Source: Felis catus
Taxonomy: Eukaryota
Length of the DNA stretch: 64,000 nt
NCBI RefSeq assembly: GCF_018350175.1
Contig: NC_058375.1
Coordinates: forward strand, 310,001-374,000
Direction of reading: 5' to 3'
The notes beneath the pieces were generated by a model. The model did not search any database. It saw only the letters and a program-made list of their open reading frames with translations, and was not told where the DNA came from. Position 1 is the first letter of the stretch. Each line of letters begins with the position of its first letter. The position numbers and the translations under genes were made by a program. Shown in pieces: positions 47,442-60,748 of this stretch.

Positions 47442-49276
47442 AAGTGCATCTTTTATCTCGGGTCACTTCAGACAGCACACCGCCTTGGACTCTTGGTGAA
47501 GGCTCTGTACTGCACGGATCTACCTCTACTGCTGACAAAGGGTTTTTGATAGTTGAGATTTCGCATACAGCAAAGAAATAACCCGCGTCGAGTAAAATGT
47601 TTGCTAAGCCATCTACCTCCTCAAAATCCTCAGGAAACACTAAGTGTTTGATCAGATGCCCACCTCCACAGAAGCACCCTTGAGCCAGGTGTGGACAGAG
47701 GGCAAGGCCCAGCATCCAGCACAGCAGAGCCGCCACTGCCCAGCACTGCCCACGCAGGGACCCAGGCCCAGCAGCATTGCCACCAGGGCCCGCGGTTATT
47801 CCTGGGGCACCACCGAGCTGCAGATGCGGCAGCTCCAGCCCCCCCACCCCTCACAGGCCCAACCGCTGGCCTGCCCATGGGCTAGCGGCTAGCCGGGCAC
47901 CGGGCTGAGACGGACTTGCATTTCCGCCAACAGAGACTCAAACGGCACAAAATTTAGGAACAAAGATATAATGAAAGATTTTTTTTCACACGAGTGGGTT
48001 AAATACACACAAGTGGTAAATTATAGGGCAGTTTTAAATAAACTGATCAAAACCCAAAGTCGAAGATGTACAAGTGCATGGCTGCACCTGAAGCCCCCTC
48101 TGGCCTCTGGAGTGAAATCACAGCACCTCAGCCCATGACTCACAGACACAGTGCTTCCAAATAACGTGCAAGGGAAACGATCAAGCAGGCGCTTAACGGA
48201 AGACATCAGCGACCCAGGGAGCCTGCTTAACCCCGCCAGCCCCGCCCGCAACTCAGGCCAGTCCTCCCGGGGCAGCCTTCACCTCCTCTTGATGCCCAGT
48301 TGCGTGTGGTCTTCTAGGGGAAGAGCCCACACCTGACAGGGAGCAGCTGTGAAAAGGAACACAGGAGCCTATCTTCAGGGTACACCGAAGATCTGGGCCA
48401 AGTGTGAGGGGAGCCTGTCAGGTGCAGAACTCCATGGGGCTGCTGGGGTCAGAGGAAATGTCCTGTGGGTACCAAAGGTCACCCCTGCAGTAGCCAGGAA
48501 CCTGGAGGTGGCAGTGGGGAGCCCAGCCTGGCATAGGTGTGGAGGAAGGCGGGGGGGGGGGGGGGTGTAAAGTGAAAGCAGCCTTCGGGACCGCAGAGGA
48601 TAGGGTGGCTCTTTGAACAAAGGACGCCACCTTGTGGTCAGACATCAAGCGGATGTGGAATTTCAACTTCAGCAAAACAAGAACCCACTTTCCTAGGAAG
48701 GATTGCTTCTTTCCAAGAGAATGCAAACACGTTTCAAACGCTGAGGCCAAACCCCCACGTCTCCTGGACCCCCGTCCGTGGCCATCCTTGGCCAGCCCCT
48801 GAGCCCCCTGGCCAGGCCCCTGGGCCCTCTGGCCAGGCACAGCTGTGGGAACTGCTCCTGCCTGGTGAGCCAGGGCTCCACTGGACCAAGAATTGCACGC
48901 AGAGTATTTGCTAATCGAGTTTTGTATTTTTAAGTGACCAAATCTAGTAAAATGAAAAACAGGTTTACTAAAACAGGTCCGAAAGACGATACAGGAGATT
49001 AAGCTATAAAACCAAAGCATGAGGTCCCTCCTCGACACCCAAGCTCCATGGTTCCCAACAGACCCCAGGGCGAGGACAGGGAGCTGAGAATCTTGCACCT
49101 CCTCTAAATCCAAATTACACGCTTTGGTTTTTGTTTTCCTTTTAAAGGTTTTTAAAAAGCTAACCCCAGAAGTCAGGCAGGTCCACCCTGCGCCTGGCGG
49201 CACGTCCAGCCAGCCCATGGCGAGCTCGGGCGCGGTGCCCTCGGTTCGACCACCTCTGCCGGCTGTGGCGCGGGGC

Positions 49277-49561
49277 TCACTCCTGCGCTATGCTTCTCAG
49301 CACGTACTTGACCGTGTAGGCGAAGGCTGCAAACCCAACTATAACAAACAAGTTCGCCAGGGCGCCGCCCAGGAGTCCGTGGTGCCGGTTGGCCTGCTGG
49401 AGGCCCGCGAGGTGCGGCCCGGCCCCCGGCGCGTGCCCGTTGAGGAGCTGAAGCCCATTCTGACCGTGGTGTGTTTCCCCGTCTGGAACCACGTCTGGTA
49501 AGGGGAGAGCCTGGGGTCGGCTACTGAGTTCATCTTGAGCTTTCTGTTTTTGTTTTATTTC
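49277..49561 (-). CDS. UBE2J2: UBE2J2 last exon (coding part)
   Basis: [29 protein letters not shown]...RSIAQE, TGA at 49279-49277; 285 nt. Confidence 0.95.
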   Translation of the reverse strand, partial: EIKQKQKAQDELSSRPQALPLPDVVPDGETHHGQNGLQLLNGHAPGAGPHLAGLQQANRHHGLLGGALANLFVIVGFAAFAYTVKYVLRSIAQE

Positions 49562-52500
49562 CTAAGATAAAAACAGAAAGGAACAAGGCTTGGTCGAAAT
49601 AAACTGCTTCCTTTAGGACAAGGGAGGGTCCTAAGATCCACCACAAAGATCCTGCCTGGGAGGCCAGTGGTCACCGGCCCGACACTCACCCCTGGAAGCG
49701 GGAGGCGCTCTTAACTCTGTTTAACAGATGAGGGGACCCAGGGACTCGTCAAAAACACCAAGCCTGCGCCGCTCAGGGCCTAGACTGAGCAGGTCCAAGC
49801 GACACAGAATCACTGTGGCCTCGACCTGGGTGCGGCCTACCCTGCTCCAGAGCGAAGATGAGGGTTCACGCCAGCCCCTCTGAGCAGGCCCTTCCCCACA
49901 GCCCAGCAGCCCACCCGAGGAGCCCTGCGCCCTGAGGAGGAGGGCAGGGCTGCACCTGCCAGTCAGCACCTACAGGTGCGTGTGAGAACAGGCGCCCTGT
50001 GTGCTGTGTGTGTGCAGCAAAGGGACACACAGCAGCACAGTTCTCTCTCCGGAAGAATCAAATCTGGAAGTGCTCCTGGCGAGGGCATCGCAACACGGAC
50101 CGCCAGCATCTGTGCCTTACCTCCACGACTTCAGGGAATAATTCACAGAAGACTTTGTCTTTTAAATTAAACACTAAACTTTGTGCCGCCAGCTGTCTTT
50201 TCTAGGAAGAAACAGAAGGGAAATATCAGCCTGAAGATTAATTTCAACTCTTTCACATTCTACACACATTTTATCCTCAAAAGCTGTTGTCTTCGTGTTG
50301 CTGAAAGCACTCGATAAACTTGCCGTTCACCACAAACTAATTCAGCCTCATCAAGGCTTATTCGTCTTTCACTATCATCAATTAACGACATGAAACTTAG
50401 TTCCCACTTAGACGATAAGAAAATAAAGACCAGTCGACAAGGACCAGACACCGTGCTGTCCCTGGAGGGAAGCCCGGCCTGCTCTTCCCACTGCCGAGGA
50501 CATGCGCGGGAGCCCCCCAACATGCGAGCCGTGCTCTCCACCCCTCACCGTGAAGTCCGACGTCTCTATACTGCCCAGGGTGGGGCCCTTCTCCACCATG
50601 AAGCTAAGGAGCCCAGTCAGGATGGTGGAGACGGACCAGGCCGGGTTCCACGTGTCTGGGTGGAAATCCGTGATGGAAAGACACAGCCTGCAAGACAGGG
50701 ACCCACTCAACAGAGCACACACACTCGTCATGACCACATTCACACTTGAGAAGCACGGCAGAAATGCCTTACCTTGTATTGCACTTGAATCTTCCATTGG
50801 GTGTTATCATATAAATACTAGGAGGTTTAAAAGGAAATTCTCTGGGAAAAACTAGTTTTCCATGGTAATAGCCACCTATAGCAAAACAGAGAAAGAGCCT
50901 TGTCACGGTCTACAGCGCACCCCCTGTGGGGGCAGCCCCAGGCACCAAGCTCCGCTCCAGCCCTCAGGCTGGTGCCACGACCCTCAGTCTCCCACTCTGC
51001 CCCCACCCTGCCAGCGCCGCCCCCCTCATCCCGGGCCCAGCGGCTGACCACCCCCGGAACACGAGCATCTTGCTGGCAGTCTCACTGGGGGCTCATGACC
51101 ACAAATCAAGAGTGGCCCTTGCCCCACATGCACAACCCTGCTCACCCTTCCCGGGCCCCCTGTCACTGAGAACAGAGCCTCAGAGGAAAAGCCGTACCCA
51201 GCTCCTCACTGGGTCCTCTCGCCCACCCCTGAGCAGGTCGGCTGAGGTCACCCCTATTCCAGACCCCTCTCCCGCACTCCTGGTCTCTCCTTCTCCACCG
51301 AATGACACCCTGCAGCAACCAACTGCCATCATGGGATTCTCCCATCTCAGAAAAACAAAAACCAGGGGCGCCTGGGTGGCTCAGCCGGTTAAGCATCTGA
51401 CTCCGGCCCAGGTCACGATATCACAGTTCGTGGGCCTGAGCCCTGCATCGGGCTCTGTGCTGACAATGTGGAGCCTGCATGGGATTCTCTGTCTCCCCCT
51501 GTCCCTGCCTCTCCCCAACTCGTGCTGGGTCTCTGTCTCTCACAAATGAATGTTTAAAAAAAAAAAACAACAGCACACCTGACCCCACCTCACTCCCCCT
51601 CCTGCCAGCCGCTCACCCTCCTTTATGTAAAACCCCTTGAGAGCTACAGCCAGGTCCACCCTGCCGAGGCTCCTGGCCCCACCGCGGTCCCCCAAATCCG
51701 ACACGGAGATCATCAGAGCCCGCCCCGTACCTCACAACCACGCCCCCTGCCTCCTTGGGCGCCACCCCACCTTGGCTCCCCACTCCCGTCCCACTGCCCC
51801 GAGCACTGGCCGCTGGCTCCTCTGGTGCCCTCCCTGACCCCTCACGCTTCTGGCTCCTCAGGTTCACGTGACACGGGGATATCTCCAACTGGCACCTGCA
51901 CCTGGCCGTCTGGGGCTCCTCCCCCCACTGCTGACCCACGGGCCGACCATCCGGGCGACACTGCCCGGACAGGTCCAAGACACAATACCCATTTCCCTCG
52001 AACAGCAACTCCACCCTTAGCCACTCACACCAAAATCTGGGAGGCCCGGCTGCCTCCCTGCCCCCACCCACCGCCATCACCTCACACCTCCTCCACCAGC
52101 AAGTCCTGTTGGCCACGCCTCCAAACCGATCCAAACTGCTCACTTGGGATGACCTCGCGGGCCTCAAGGCTCTCGCCCCTCCCTGCCCACTCGGCTCATG
52201 GTCCCACGGGCTACCTCACCTCACACCCTTCTCTCGGGGCTGCACCTGGGAGCCTACTGGAAACGCAAAGCCCCGGGCCCGCTGCAGGCAGGCGACACGG
52301 GACGTGACTTGACCGGACACCCAGTGATGCGTGTGCACGTGCGTGCTCGCGCAGCGAGGCTTCAGGAGTGCCGCCCTGTCCTCCACCCGGGCCCCCTGCC
52401 GTCCCCAGCACCCTGGGTGGGGCCCCACCTCAAGGACCGGGACGCACCACACACGTCTGCTCTCACGCCACTCGGGTCGGGACTCCCCACGTCTCGTACG

Positions 52501-55500
52501 GATCGTAGCGCCCCGGCCGCCTCACGTGAGTGCCGTCTCCCACTCCAAGCTCTGCCAGGACCGGAGGGATGACGTGAGCGAGTGTCCCCCGTGAGGCCGA
52601 CTCAACAGCCAGACGGGCCCCCGAGCGAGAAACTAGCACTATGAACGACACTCGAGGCACAGTCGGCCGAAATCGCTGAGAAAAGCCCAACTGGAAAATA
52701 AGCAAGAGATACCAACAGGTGCTTTTCTCAAGAGGCAGCAGGCTCGGCCGACGTGCGCTTGGAGCTGGCCGCTCAGGAAACGGCTCCGGCCGCAGCGCAG
52801 CGGAGGGCAGGTGGGCAGGAGGATGCGGCCTCGCGGCGAGCCCGTGAACGTCAACACCCACACTGACCCGGCAGCCCCGCCTCCTGCGTCCACCCGAGAG
52901 ACGCCAGGTGAAAGCCCGCCAACGCCTGCTACCCTCCGAGGGAAGGGCTCGCTCGGCAGGAGCCGCGCAGAGAGGCAACCGCACGGGGAGCAGACGGCTG
53001 CCGCACAAACCGGGGAAGCGACCGCAAGGCGGGCGGCGCGCGCCGGACCGCAGACGCACGCAACCCCCACGGCCAGACGTGCAACGTCAAGCGTACGAGA
53101 TGAGCTCCGGGAGGGTCTGTGGGGGAGGCTCATCCTGAGAGGCAAGGAGGCAAAGCAGGGGACGTGGGAGGGCGGAGCCTCACCCAGAGGTCAAGCCCTT
53201 GGGGAGTGCAGAGAAGAAGCGCACGCACCCCCACGCCAGCAGCTCCCACATCCTTCATTCCAAGCGTCCACAGGCAGACGAGCGACGAGCACAGCCCTGA
53301 CCGAGCCCTGGGGGCGGAAACCCCAGAGAGCACGGTGGCCCCGGAGAGAGGCCAGGGAGGACGGCGCCCGGGAAGGGACGATGTTGCACCACGCACCTCC
53401 TCCGCTGAACTGCTTCTGCAACTCCGTTGCAACAACAACAAAAGATCCGTGGGCCACCGCGGTGCCAAGCAGCTCCTGGGTTCTCTGTTCCACTGACCCG
53501 CATTTCCCTCCACACTCGGCTCACCGAAGCTCAGGCATCTCAAAGCCAGGCAGACTGACTCCTCCCACTCTGTTCTTGTTTCAACTGCTCTGGGTCCTCT
53601 GCCTTTCCGTGTACGTTTTACAATAAAAATCTCAGAATAAATTTGTGTACGTCTACAAAAAACTGTGCCAGGACTTTGACAGGATTGGGTAAAATCCACA
53701 GATCGATTCAGGGAGAATCCTCAGCAACACCTGTACCAGCGGGAAGCCACTTCTGAACCGTCAGGATCGGTGTGCCTGGCATCTGCCAGGAGTAGCGTGG
53801 GCGCAGAGCCCAGAGCAAGGACAGGCCGAACGGACATGGCCAGGGTACAGAGCCATGAGAGACTGAGAAGGAGGGGTCGGAACATCCAGAAGCCAGAGAA
53901 GGAGCAAGTGTGGAGGAAGGAGCCCACACCATCAAAGTCCACAGAACCCCAGACACCGAGGCCGGAGAGCCATCCCTCGGATTGACAATTCAGGGGGCCC
54001 CTCATCGACCCCGAGGAGAATGCTCAGCAGAAGGCAGGGCTCCAGAGTGCAGAGTGCGGCCCTGAGCGCAAGAGAGGATGGGCAGCAGGGGAAGAGACAG
54101 GAGCAGGTGCTGAGGGGCAAGAGGGAGGCAGGCAGTGGAGGGAGAGAAGGCTAAGGAGGGGGAGAGAAAGAAGAAAGAAGGGGAAGGAGGAACAGCGGAA
54201 AAGCTGGTCTCTGAGGAGACAGCCTGAAGGCCACGACCAGCAGGGAGATACACAGGGCAGGACCACACATAAAGAAGCCCTGGTGACAGGGTTGGGTCTG
54301 GGGGTTGGGGGTGGGAGGGGGGGTCTCCTGCGGTCCCAAGCCCTGCAGCCTCCACTCGGGGCCTGCCCTTTCCTCCCCCTGCCACCTCCACCCCTGTCCA
54401 GGTTCACTTCCAGCAGCAACAGGCCTGGTTACAAAATTACTAAATGTTCACAATTTTTTGGAAAAATATTATAACTATTAAAAAAAAAAAAACTTAAAAT
54501 CCCACTTGTGAGAAAGAAAACATGCTCATTCCTAGTTAGAAATACACATGTATTTAACAAGTATTTTTTTTTTTTAATGTTTATTCTTTTTGAGAGAAGG
54601 AAAGATGGAGTGCAAGTGGGGAAAGGGCAGAGAGAGAGGGAGACACAGAATCCGAAGCAGCTCCAGGCTCTGAATTGTCAGCACAGAGCCCGACATGGGG
54701 CTCAAACTCACGGACCGTGAGATCATGACCTGAGCCGAAGTCGGACACTTAACCGACTGAGCCACCCAGGCGCCTCCTTAACAGGCATTTTAACTACGAC
54801 CTGTCCAGGCTGCCCTGAAGCCCATCTGCCGCTGCTTTTCTAGGAACCCCACCACAAGCCCATGAACCCCACACCCCGCTGCTGGACACTCGGGCGGCCC
54901 CCAGTGTGACACTATTAACACACCCACCCTACAGAAAGGCTTCTGCACCTGTTTCCCCAGGACACGTCTTCCCAGAACAGAGACTCCTGTGTCAAAGGAG
55001 AGTCCTCATGAAGCTGGTGACACCTTCAAGAGAGCCAGGCCAGTTCCACTCTTAACCACCCGCCCACACCCACAGCTTTCCCCTCATGGTCCAGAGCAGT
55101 GGGTCTCGAATGTGCTTCTCCAGCAGCCGGACTCTTTTCCAGTGAAATCGTACGCAAAACCCCCATGTGGAGGCAGACGCCACTCAAAGTGAGGACCCAG
55201 TGGCTGGAGAGCCGAAGGTACAGCCCGGCCACAGCTCTGCCCTGGGCTTGCCCCACCACGGCTCATCCCTCGACCTGGCCTAAACCCTGAGGCTGGTGCC
55301 AGGCTCCCTGTAGGCCCCCGACCCGCTGACTGAAAAATCCCAGGTCTACTTTGTAAATGACACCAGAGGACACTGGGCAGCATCACCAGGTCAGCCCCGG
55401 CAGAACAAGGAGAGCAGAGGTGCCCGGCTGTGCCGGGGCAGACCCTGCACCCTCCCCGTGAGCCTCGGGGCCCCATCCACACGAAGGGGCTACCACGTGG

Positions 55501-58367
55501 CTCAGAGGGCTCGGCAGAGCGAGTGCTCGACAACCACGGCTGGCTTTCTTTCCCGACAACATTCGTGCGGGTCTGAACACAGCAGGAGAAAACGGCTGCA
55601 CGGCACGGCTTACCAGGTCTGTCTTCCGGCTCTGGCCCCACTCACGTCAGAGGCTGGGTAACCTCTGAGACTCACAGAAAGCCCCTGAAGACTAAACCGC
55701 TTTAGGATCTGAAGCAACGGGGACGGACTCCAAGCAAGTGCAATGTTACTAACGGACATGCAGACTAGAGCGTGAGTCACAGACACGAAGTGCTTGACAG
55801 GAGAGGTCTGTTCAGAAGACAAAAAGGTCTCTTGTTCCCCTCGCTCAGATTGAAGACTGGCTTACCTTCATAAGGAGTCATCTCTGGGCCTCGGACCACA
55901 TAGTGCCTGAGGGAGAGAAGAAAATGAGCTGGCTTTAGGGACGGCAAACACTCCGAGTTCCGAGTCCCTCCGCGGCCGGGGTGTGGGGTCCAGCCGAAAC
56001 CAGACGTGCGAACGTCCCAGGCGAACTTGTGCTGTGGTCTACGCACTCCTAACGGGGTCTTAGGAACTGTATCTTTCACGTCCTCCGCAAAGTACTTTCG
56101 TGCCTGCAACACCTAAGAAACTAACACTCTCTAACCATGAAAGTCCAGTAACAAATTTTCAAATGCTAATTTCACACACATTCTTGAGATGTACTTAGAA
56201 ACTTGCACTTCTCAGTGTGCCCAAATATCACGAAGTAGGCCAAGCGGGGAACGGCTGGTGACATGAGGTGGCTCTGTGTCCCCCAGTGTTGATGTTCTAG
56301 AAGAAGCAGACGTGTGACCTCAGAGCAGCTGGCCTCACGCAGGAGAACAGGGATACCTGTAACTGTCACTGAAGTCCTCACACAGAGCCCAAGCCCAGGT
56401 GGACCCACGTGCTTCAGACCACGAGCGGCGGCACTCACAGATTCCACTCTCCCATGCAAATAAGGAGCTTCGGCCGCACGTCAAGAGGTGCGTGGACTTA
56501 GGCATTTTCAAATATAAGAGAAAAGCACAAAAGGGAACGTAGAGCCAATCAGACACAGCTGTTAGCACGTCACTAAGCATCCCTTCGGAAACCCCTCTTC
56601 CCACAAATGCCACTTGAACGTCGTGGATGAAACACATGCCAGCTGATATGTTTTACTCCACAAACACTGCCATCCTGTGTTGGTGGACCAGGAACAAGCC
56701 TCAGAGCTTAAGCACGTGACACACCCAGGAACGTGGCCTTAATTTGTCACTGCTCCCAATTCCGGGGTCCAGTTTGGGAACACTGGGTAGGGGCAGCGAG
56801 CAAGAGCAGAGAGCCCAGCAGCCTGAGTGGCCAAGCAGCACGGCACTCGGGGGACACCCCAGCAGGTGACAGAGCCCAGCCAGCAGGCCGGACACGACTG
56901 TCCCCAGCCAGTCTGGGAACTGGATTCCAGAGTGGGGAGAGGGGCTCACCACCCTGATGCAACATAAACTGTTTATGCCAACGATACAACATGGATCGTG
57001 CTAGAAGGAAGCCAGCCTCCCTGCTGGGGGTCTGGAACACTGGGAGGTGCCGGGCAGAGGCACGTGACCTGCTCCAACTGGCAATCTTGCGTCCTGGGTC
57101 TCTGATAGGCTTCCCTGGGGGACAGCACCTCATGTGTGTGGTCACAGCAGGGCTGGGGGGGCTCGTGTCGGTCTCCTATGGACTCCGACTCCAGCACACT
57201 GTCTGTCCCTTTGCTAATTTTGCTGGTTTTCCATGGAAACAAATCTCAGCGATCGATCCTCCTTGTGAATGACTGAACCTGGAGATCTGAACTCACAGGC
57301 AGAGAGAGGCTCCCCAAACAACGAGGACGACCCTGAGACTGCTGTGGGAGCTGTCCCTCCATCTGCCAATTCAGGCGGGCGGGGAAGCTCTGTTGTAACC
57401 CCAAAGCCTCAGTCCCGCGCGGCCCTTTTCACCCTGAAAACCCTCCCTCACCTGCCAGAGCAGCCCCTCCTCCCCAAGCTGAGGAAGGTAGATCCAGAAC
57501 CCGTGAACACCTGTCCAAACACCTGTCCAATCCAAAAAACAGCTTTTAACTCAGTTTAATTCCTTTTCTCTGGACAAAATACCCTTCACGCAGAAAATGC
57601 TTACTATCTCAACCCTACACTTTACTTCCCACAGAACCGATAAATCTGGTAAGGGCAGCATTTCCGTAGAAGCACGTAACCTCCTAAGGCCACACCTGAG
57701 CACAGCCTGAAAGTCACTATGTAGCAAGTGTGCGTGAGGCTCAGAGCCTGTTACGGCGGCCAGGGCTACCAAGCACTTGCCCCAGCCAGCGCCAGGAACC
57801 CAAGCATCAGGGCCCCTGACCCTCTGTCACAAACTCTCTAAGACAGGACAGGCCACTCTACAGCACCAAGACGCAAAGAGCAAAAGGAGAGTCTAGAAAT
57901 GCAACTTCTCCACCGACAGCCGTGAGACCTATGACGTGCCCCGAAGCCTCCCCTATGGATCCCACAGACCCACCTGAGAGGCGCTTCCCAGCGTGCTCTC
58001 TCCAGACCCAGGGGACAGAGGTCAAGGAAGACCTCATGGTGGCCCCAGCCGCCGCCCATCAGGAAGACAACCAGGCCTCATCCGTAGGCCTCAGCCTGCC
58101 CGTGTCTGAAAGCGGTACAGACAGACGCACCCTTCCCAATGCCACGACAGGACAGGAGCACCAGGGCCTCCCCATCAAGCGAGCAGAGAACCCAGGTGAC
58201 AGTCGGCGTGGGGTGAATGGTCACGTGGAGCCTTACCATTCAAGGATATTGGAAGGGAGGGGCTCAGCACAGATGTAAGGCACCGGGTCCTTCTTAATGC
58301 GAAGATAGTCCTGTTTCAGCCTCTGGGTCGCTGTCGTCGGAGCTCTTTTATTGCTGCTGCTGCTCAT
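49277..58367 (-). CDS. UBE2J2: Ubiquitin-conjugating enzyme E2 J2 (ERAD, tail-anchored), 259 aa
   Basis: Exons 58237-58367, 55866-55906, 50773-50875, 50549-50687, 50121-50201 and 49277-49561 sum to 780 nt. [65 protein letters not shown]...TRLC(catalytic)[13 protein letters not shown]...C-terminal [26 protein letters not shown]. Confidence 0.97.
50121..50201 (-). CDS. UBE2J2: UBE2J2 exon 6
   Basis: [27 protein letters not shown]; 81 nt. Confidence 0.95.
50549..50687 (-). CDS. UBE2J2: UBE2J2 exon 5
   Basis: [46 protein letters not shown]; 139 nt. Confidence 0.95.
50773..50875 (-). CDS. UBE2J2: UBE2J2 exon 4
   Basis: [33 protein letters not shown]; 103 nt. Confidence 0.95.
51365..51570 (+). 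mobile_element. Can-SINE in UBE2J2 intron 3
   Basis: GGGGCGCCTGGGTGGCTCAGCCGGTTAAGC head, core, A tail. Confidence 0.9.
51800..52150. mobile_element. Probable L2 remnant
   Basis: gatatctccaactggcacc...ttccctc...ccacccttagccactc...aaatctgggagg...ccagcaagtcctgtt...cctccaaa follows an L2 consensus segment (from memory). Confidence 0.45.
53380..53750 (-). mobile_element. Old L1 ORF2 fragment, antisense
   Basis: gggttctctgttccactga...ctcctcccactctgttcttgtttc...aggactttgacaggattgggtaaaatccacagatc resembles the reverse strand of the L1 ORF2 3' region (from memory). Confidence 0.55.
54562..54776 (-). mobile_element. Can-SINE, minus orientation, UBE2J2 intron 3
   Basis: Full SINE in reverse; TSD-like ttaacaagtatttt / ttaacaggcatttt. 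Confidence 0.93.
55866..55906 (-). CDS. UBE2J2: UBE2J2 exon 3
   Basis: [13 protein letters not shown]; 41 nt. Confidence 0.95.
58237..58367 (-). CDS. UBE2J2: UBE2J2 first coding exon (exon 2)
   Basis: Acceptor CTAG| immediately followed by ATG; donor TG|GTAAG; 131 nt. Confidence 0.95.
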
Positions 58368-58836
58368 CTAGGGAAAGCAAACGTCTGTTTCCAAAGAACG
58401 ACAGACACGCCCTGCCTCCTCAGCCACAGACAGCTTCAACAGTCCCACGAGGTTAAGCCCAGCCACCCAGAAGCCAGGCGTGCGGGCTGTCCTGACTTGC
58501 CGCCCACCCCCACACCAGCAGGACTCGACGAGTCTCCTTGGGGGTCTGCCCCCCACAACCTTCGTTTATGTGACACCAGGTCAAAGATAAAAAACGAAAC
58601 AAAACCAAAGTCCCGCTTCCGTCCTCAAAGAACCTACCCGGGAGAAAGACCTCGAATTTAAAGGGTCCTAAGGACCGGTGTGCTGAGGCCAGCATGGCCT
58701 GGTGCTCCTGCGCTCTGTGCTAATGAAATGTTTACACCACAGAAATCAGGATGCACCCCAAACCAGCCCCCAACAAAAGCCTGTTGTTAAACATTTTCCA
58801 ACATATCTACTACTGCTCAAAAGTTAATGGGAGAAC

Positions 58837-58921
58837 GGGGGACCTGGGTGGCTCAGTTAGTTAAGCATCTGACCCTTGATTCGTCTCAGGTCATGATACC
58901 ATAGTGTGAGCCCCACTTAGG

Positions 58922-58965
<44 letters not shown>

Positions 58966-59030
58966 CCCCTCCCCCACCTGCATGAGTGCTCTCACAAAAT
59001 TACTTTAAAAAAAAGTAACTAAAAAACAAA
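58837..59030 (+). mobile_element. Can-SINE with expanded (CT)n, UBE2J2 intron 1
   Basis: GGGGACCTGGGTGGCTCAGTTAGTTAAGC head, (CT)~17 at ~58925-58958, A-rich tail. Confidence 0.85.
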
Positions 59031-60575
59031 ATGGATGGGAGGAACAGGGGAGACTGGAGAAAGATGGGGGGGCCCTGAAAGTCTGACATTCACACTGGGA
59101 AGAGGCAAAAGGAGCACCCTCCTGATCAGAGCTAAGGACACGGGTAGAGGCTTCAGACAGCATCACGGGTCCAGGGAAGGGCACTGGGCCACTGTGTAAG
59201 GAGCCACAGCACAGTCAATGGTGGCTGACAAGGCTGACCAGGGAGGCAAGGCCACGCAGCCAATAGCACTGCACAAAGTTTTTAGGTCCAAGTCTTAAGA
59301 GAGACCAGCTTTTCTGTTGGATCACTTGGGACAGGTTAGCAGAGCTTGAAGGGGACAGCATGAGACAGATGAGATGGCACGGGAGGGACCGGACAGCACT
59401 GAAGGCCGAGGACCAGGAGTGAGGTCACAGCCATCATTCAAGAGAAGAAACGGCCTGGCTCAGGGGGTGGGGGGGTGGAGCCCGGGACACCTCAGTGATG
59501 CTCGGAGGCAGAGGGGAGTGATGGTGAGAGAGAAGACAGAGCTCCCCACCCTCACAGGCATTGGAGCAGCTCAGCCTGATGTGCTCTGCATGCAGAAGTT
59601 TCCCCTAAGACAGCAAGGCAAAAAAGTTCTGCTGCTAAAAATAAAGTGTGAAAGCTGCCAGTCTAAAATATGATAGAGACAGAGGACACATGGGGGTATG
59701 CGGGAATGGGAAGGGACAGCAGCTTCCAAGCTAGAGTGGTGGCAGGTCGAAGCCATGCCTGTCCTGCTCTCCTCCACGCCACTGACGCTGCCACTCAGCC
59801 ATCTCAGGCCATCTTGCCAGCACACTGGACATCAGCGGCCAGGATCTCGACCCTGACCTCCAGCCTGCACAAACCTGAAGTCACTCTCCGCCCCCCATCA
59901 TCTCCACCTCAGGGCCTCTGCTTGCTCATTTCCCTGGCAACAGCCACAGCTCCTTCCGATCCGTCAGGTCAGAGGTCTCTGGACTCCTGCCCCTTTGCTG
60001 GCTCAATTCCCCTCAGAGCACTAAACCCACTGCACTACAGCAGGGGCTTGGTGTGCGTCCCACACCCCAGGGTCTGCAGAGTGGTCCTCCTGCACACGTC
60101 ATTGCCCACCCTTTCCTCCTGTTCCCACTCCACTCACCCTAATGCAGGGTCGTACTACCTCTCCCATCAAGCACCCCAGACTCGCCACTGGCCCCCCAGC
60201 TTCCATTCTCCCCTTTTCAGTCCACCCCGTACACTTAAATCAGATTAACTTTCTCCACCCACAGTTCTGATCATAGCATTTCAAGATCTCCCCACAGCCA
60301 AACAGACAAACTACAACACCTCCCCCTTCCTGCCAAGCCCCCGACAAAGAAGCCCAACGAGCCCTCCTAGTGTCTGACTCCCAACCCCCTCCTCACCCTA
60401 ACCCTACAGCTGTCTCTCAGCCTGGTCTCTACTGGCAGAAAACCCACCTGTGCCCTTCCTGGCCTAGCTCAAAAGCTAAGTCCCTCAAGAGCCTCCCTCA
60501 TTTCCCTAGTCAAATGCCCCCACAGGCCTCCCTGCGACCCAGCTCCACACCACACAGGTGCCCTCCAGGCGCCAG

Positions 60576-60604
60576 CAGGAGCAGGAGCAGGAGCAGGAGC
60601 AGGC
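60576..60604. repeat. (GCAGGA)n hexamer repeat
   Basis: gcaggagcaggagcaggagcaggagcagg. Confidence 0.85.
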
Positions 60605-60748
60605 TGCAGACAGCCTGGGAAGGGAGTGCTCTCCCGAGCAGCACTGCCCCCAAGCTCCTGGCCAAGCCAAAGGGGCCAGGTGGCTCACCTCACCGGAAGC
60701 AGAACTGCCACACTGGACTTGTTGGGTGTCTTTTACATGTTCACCCTA

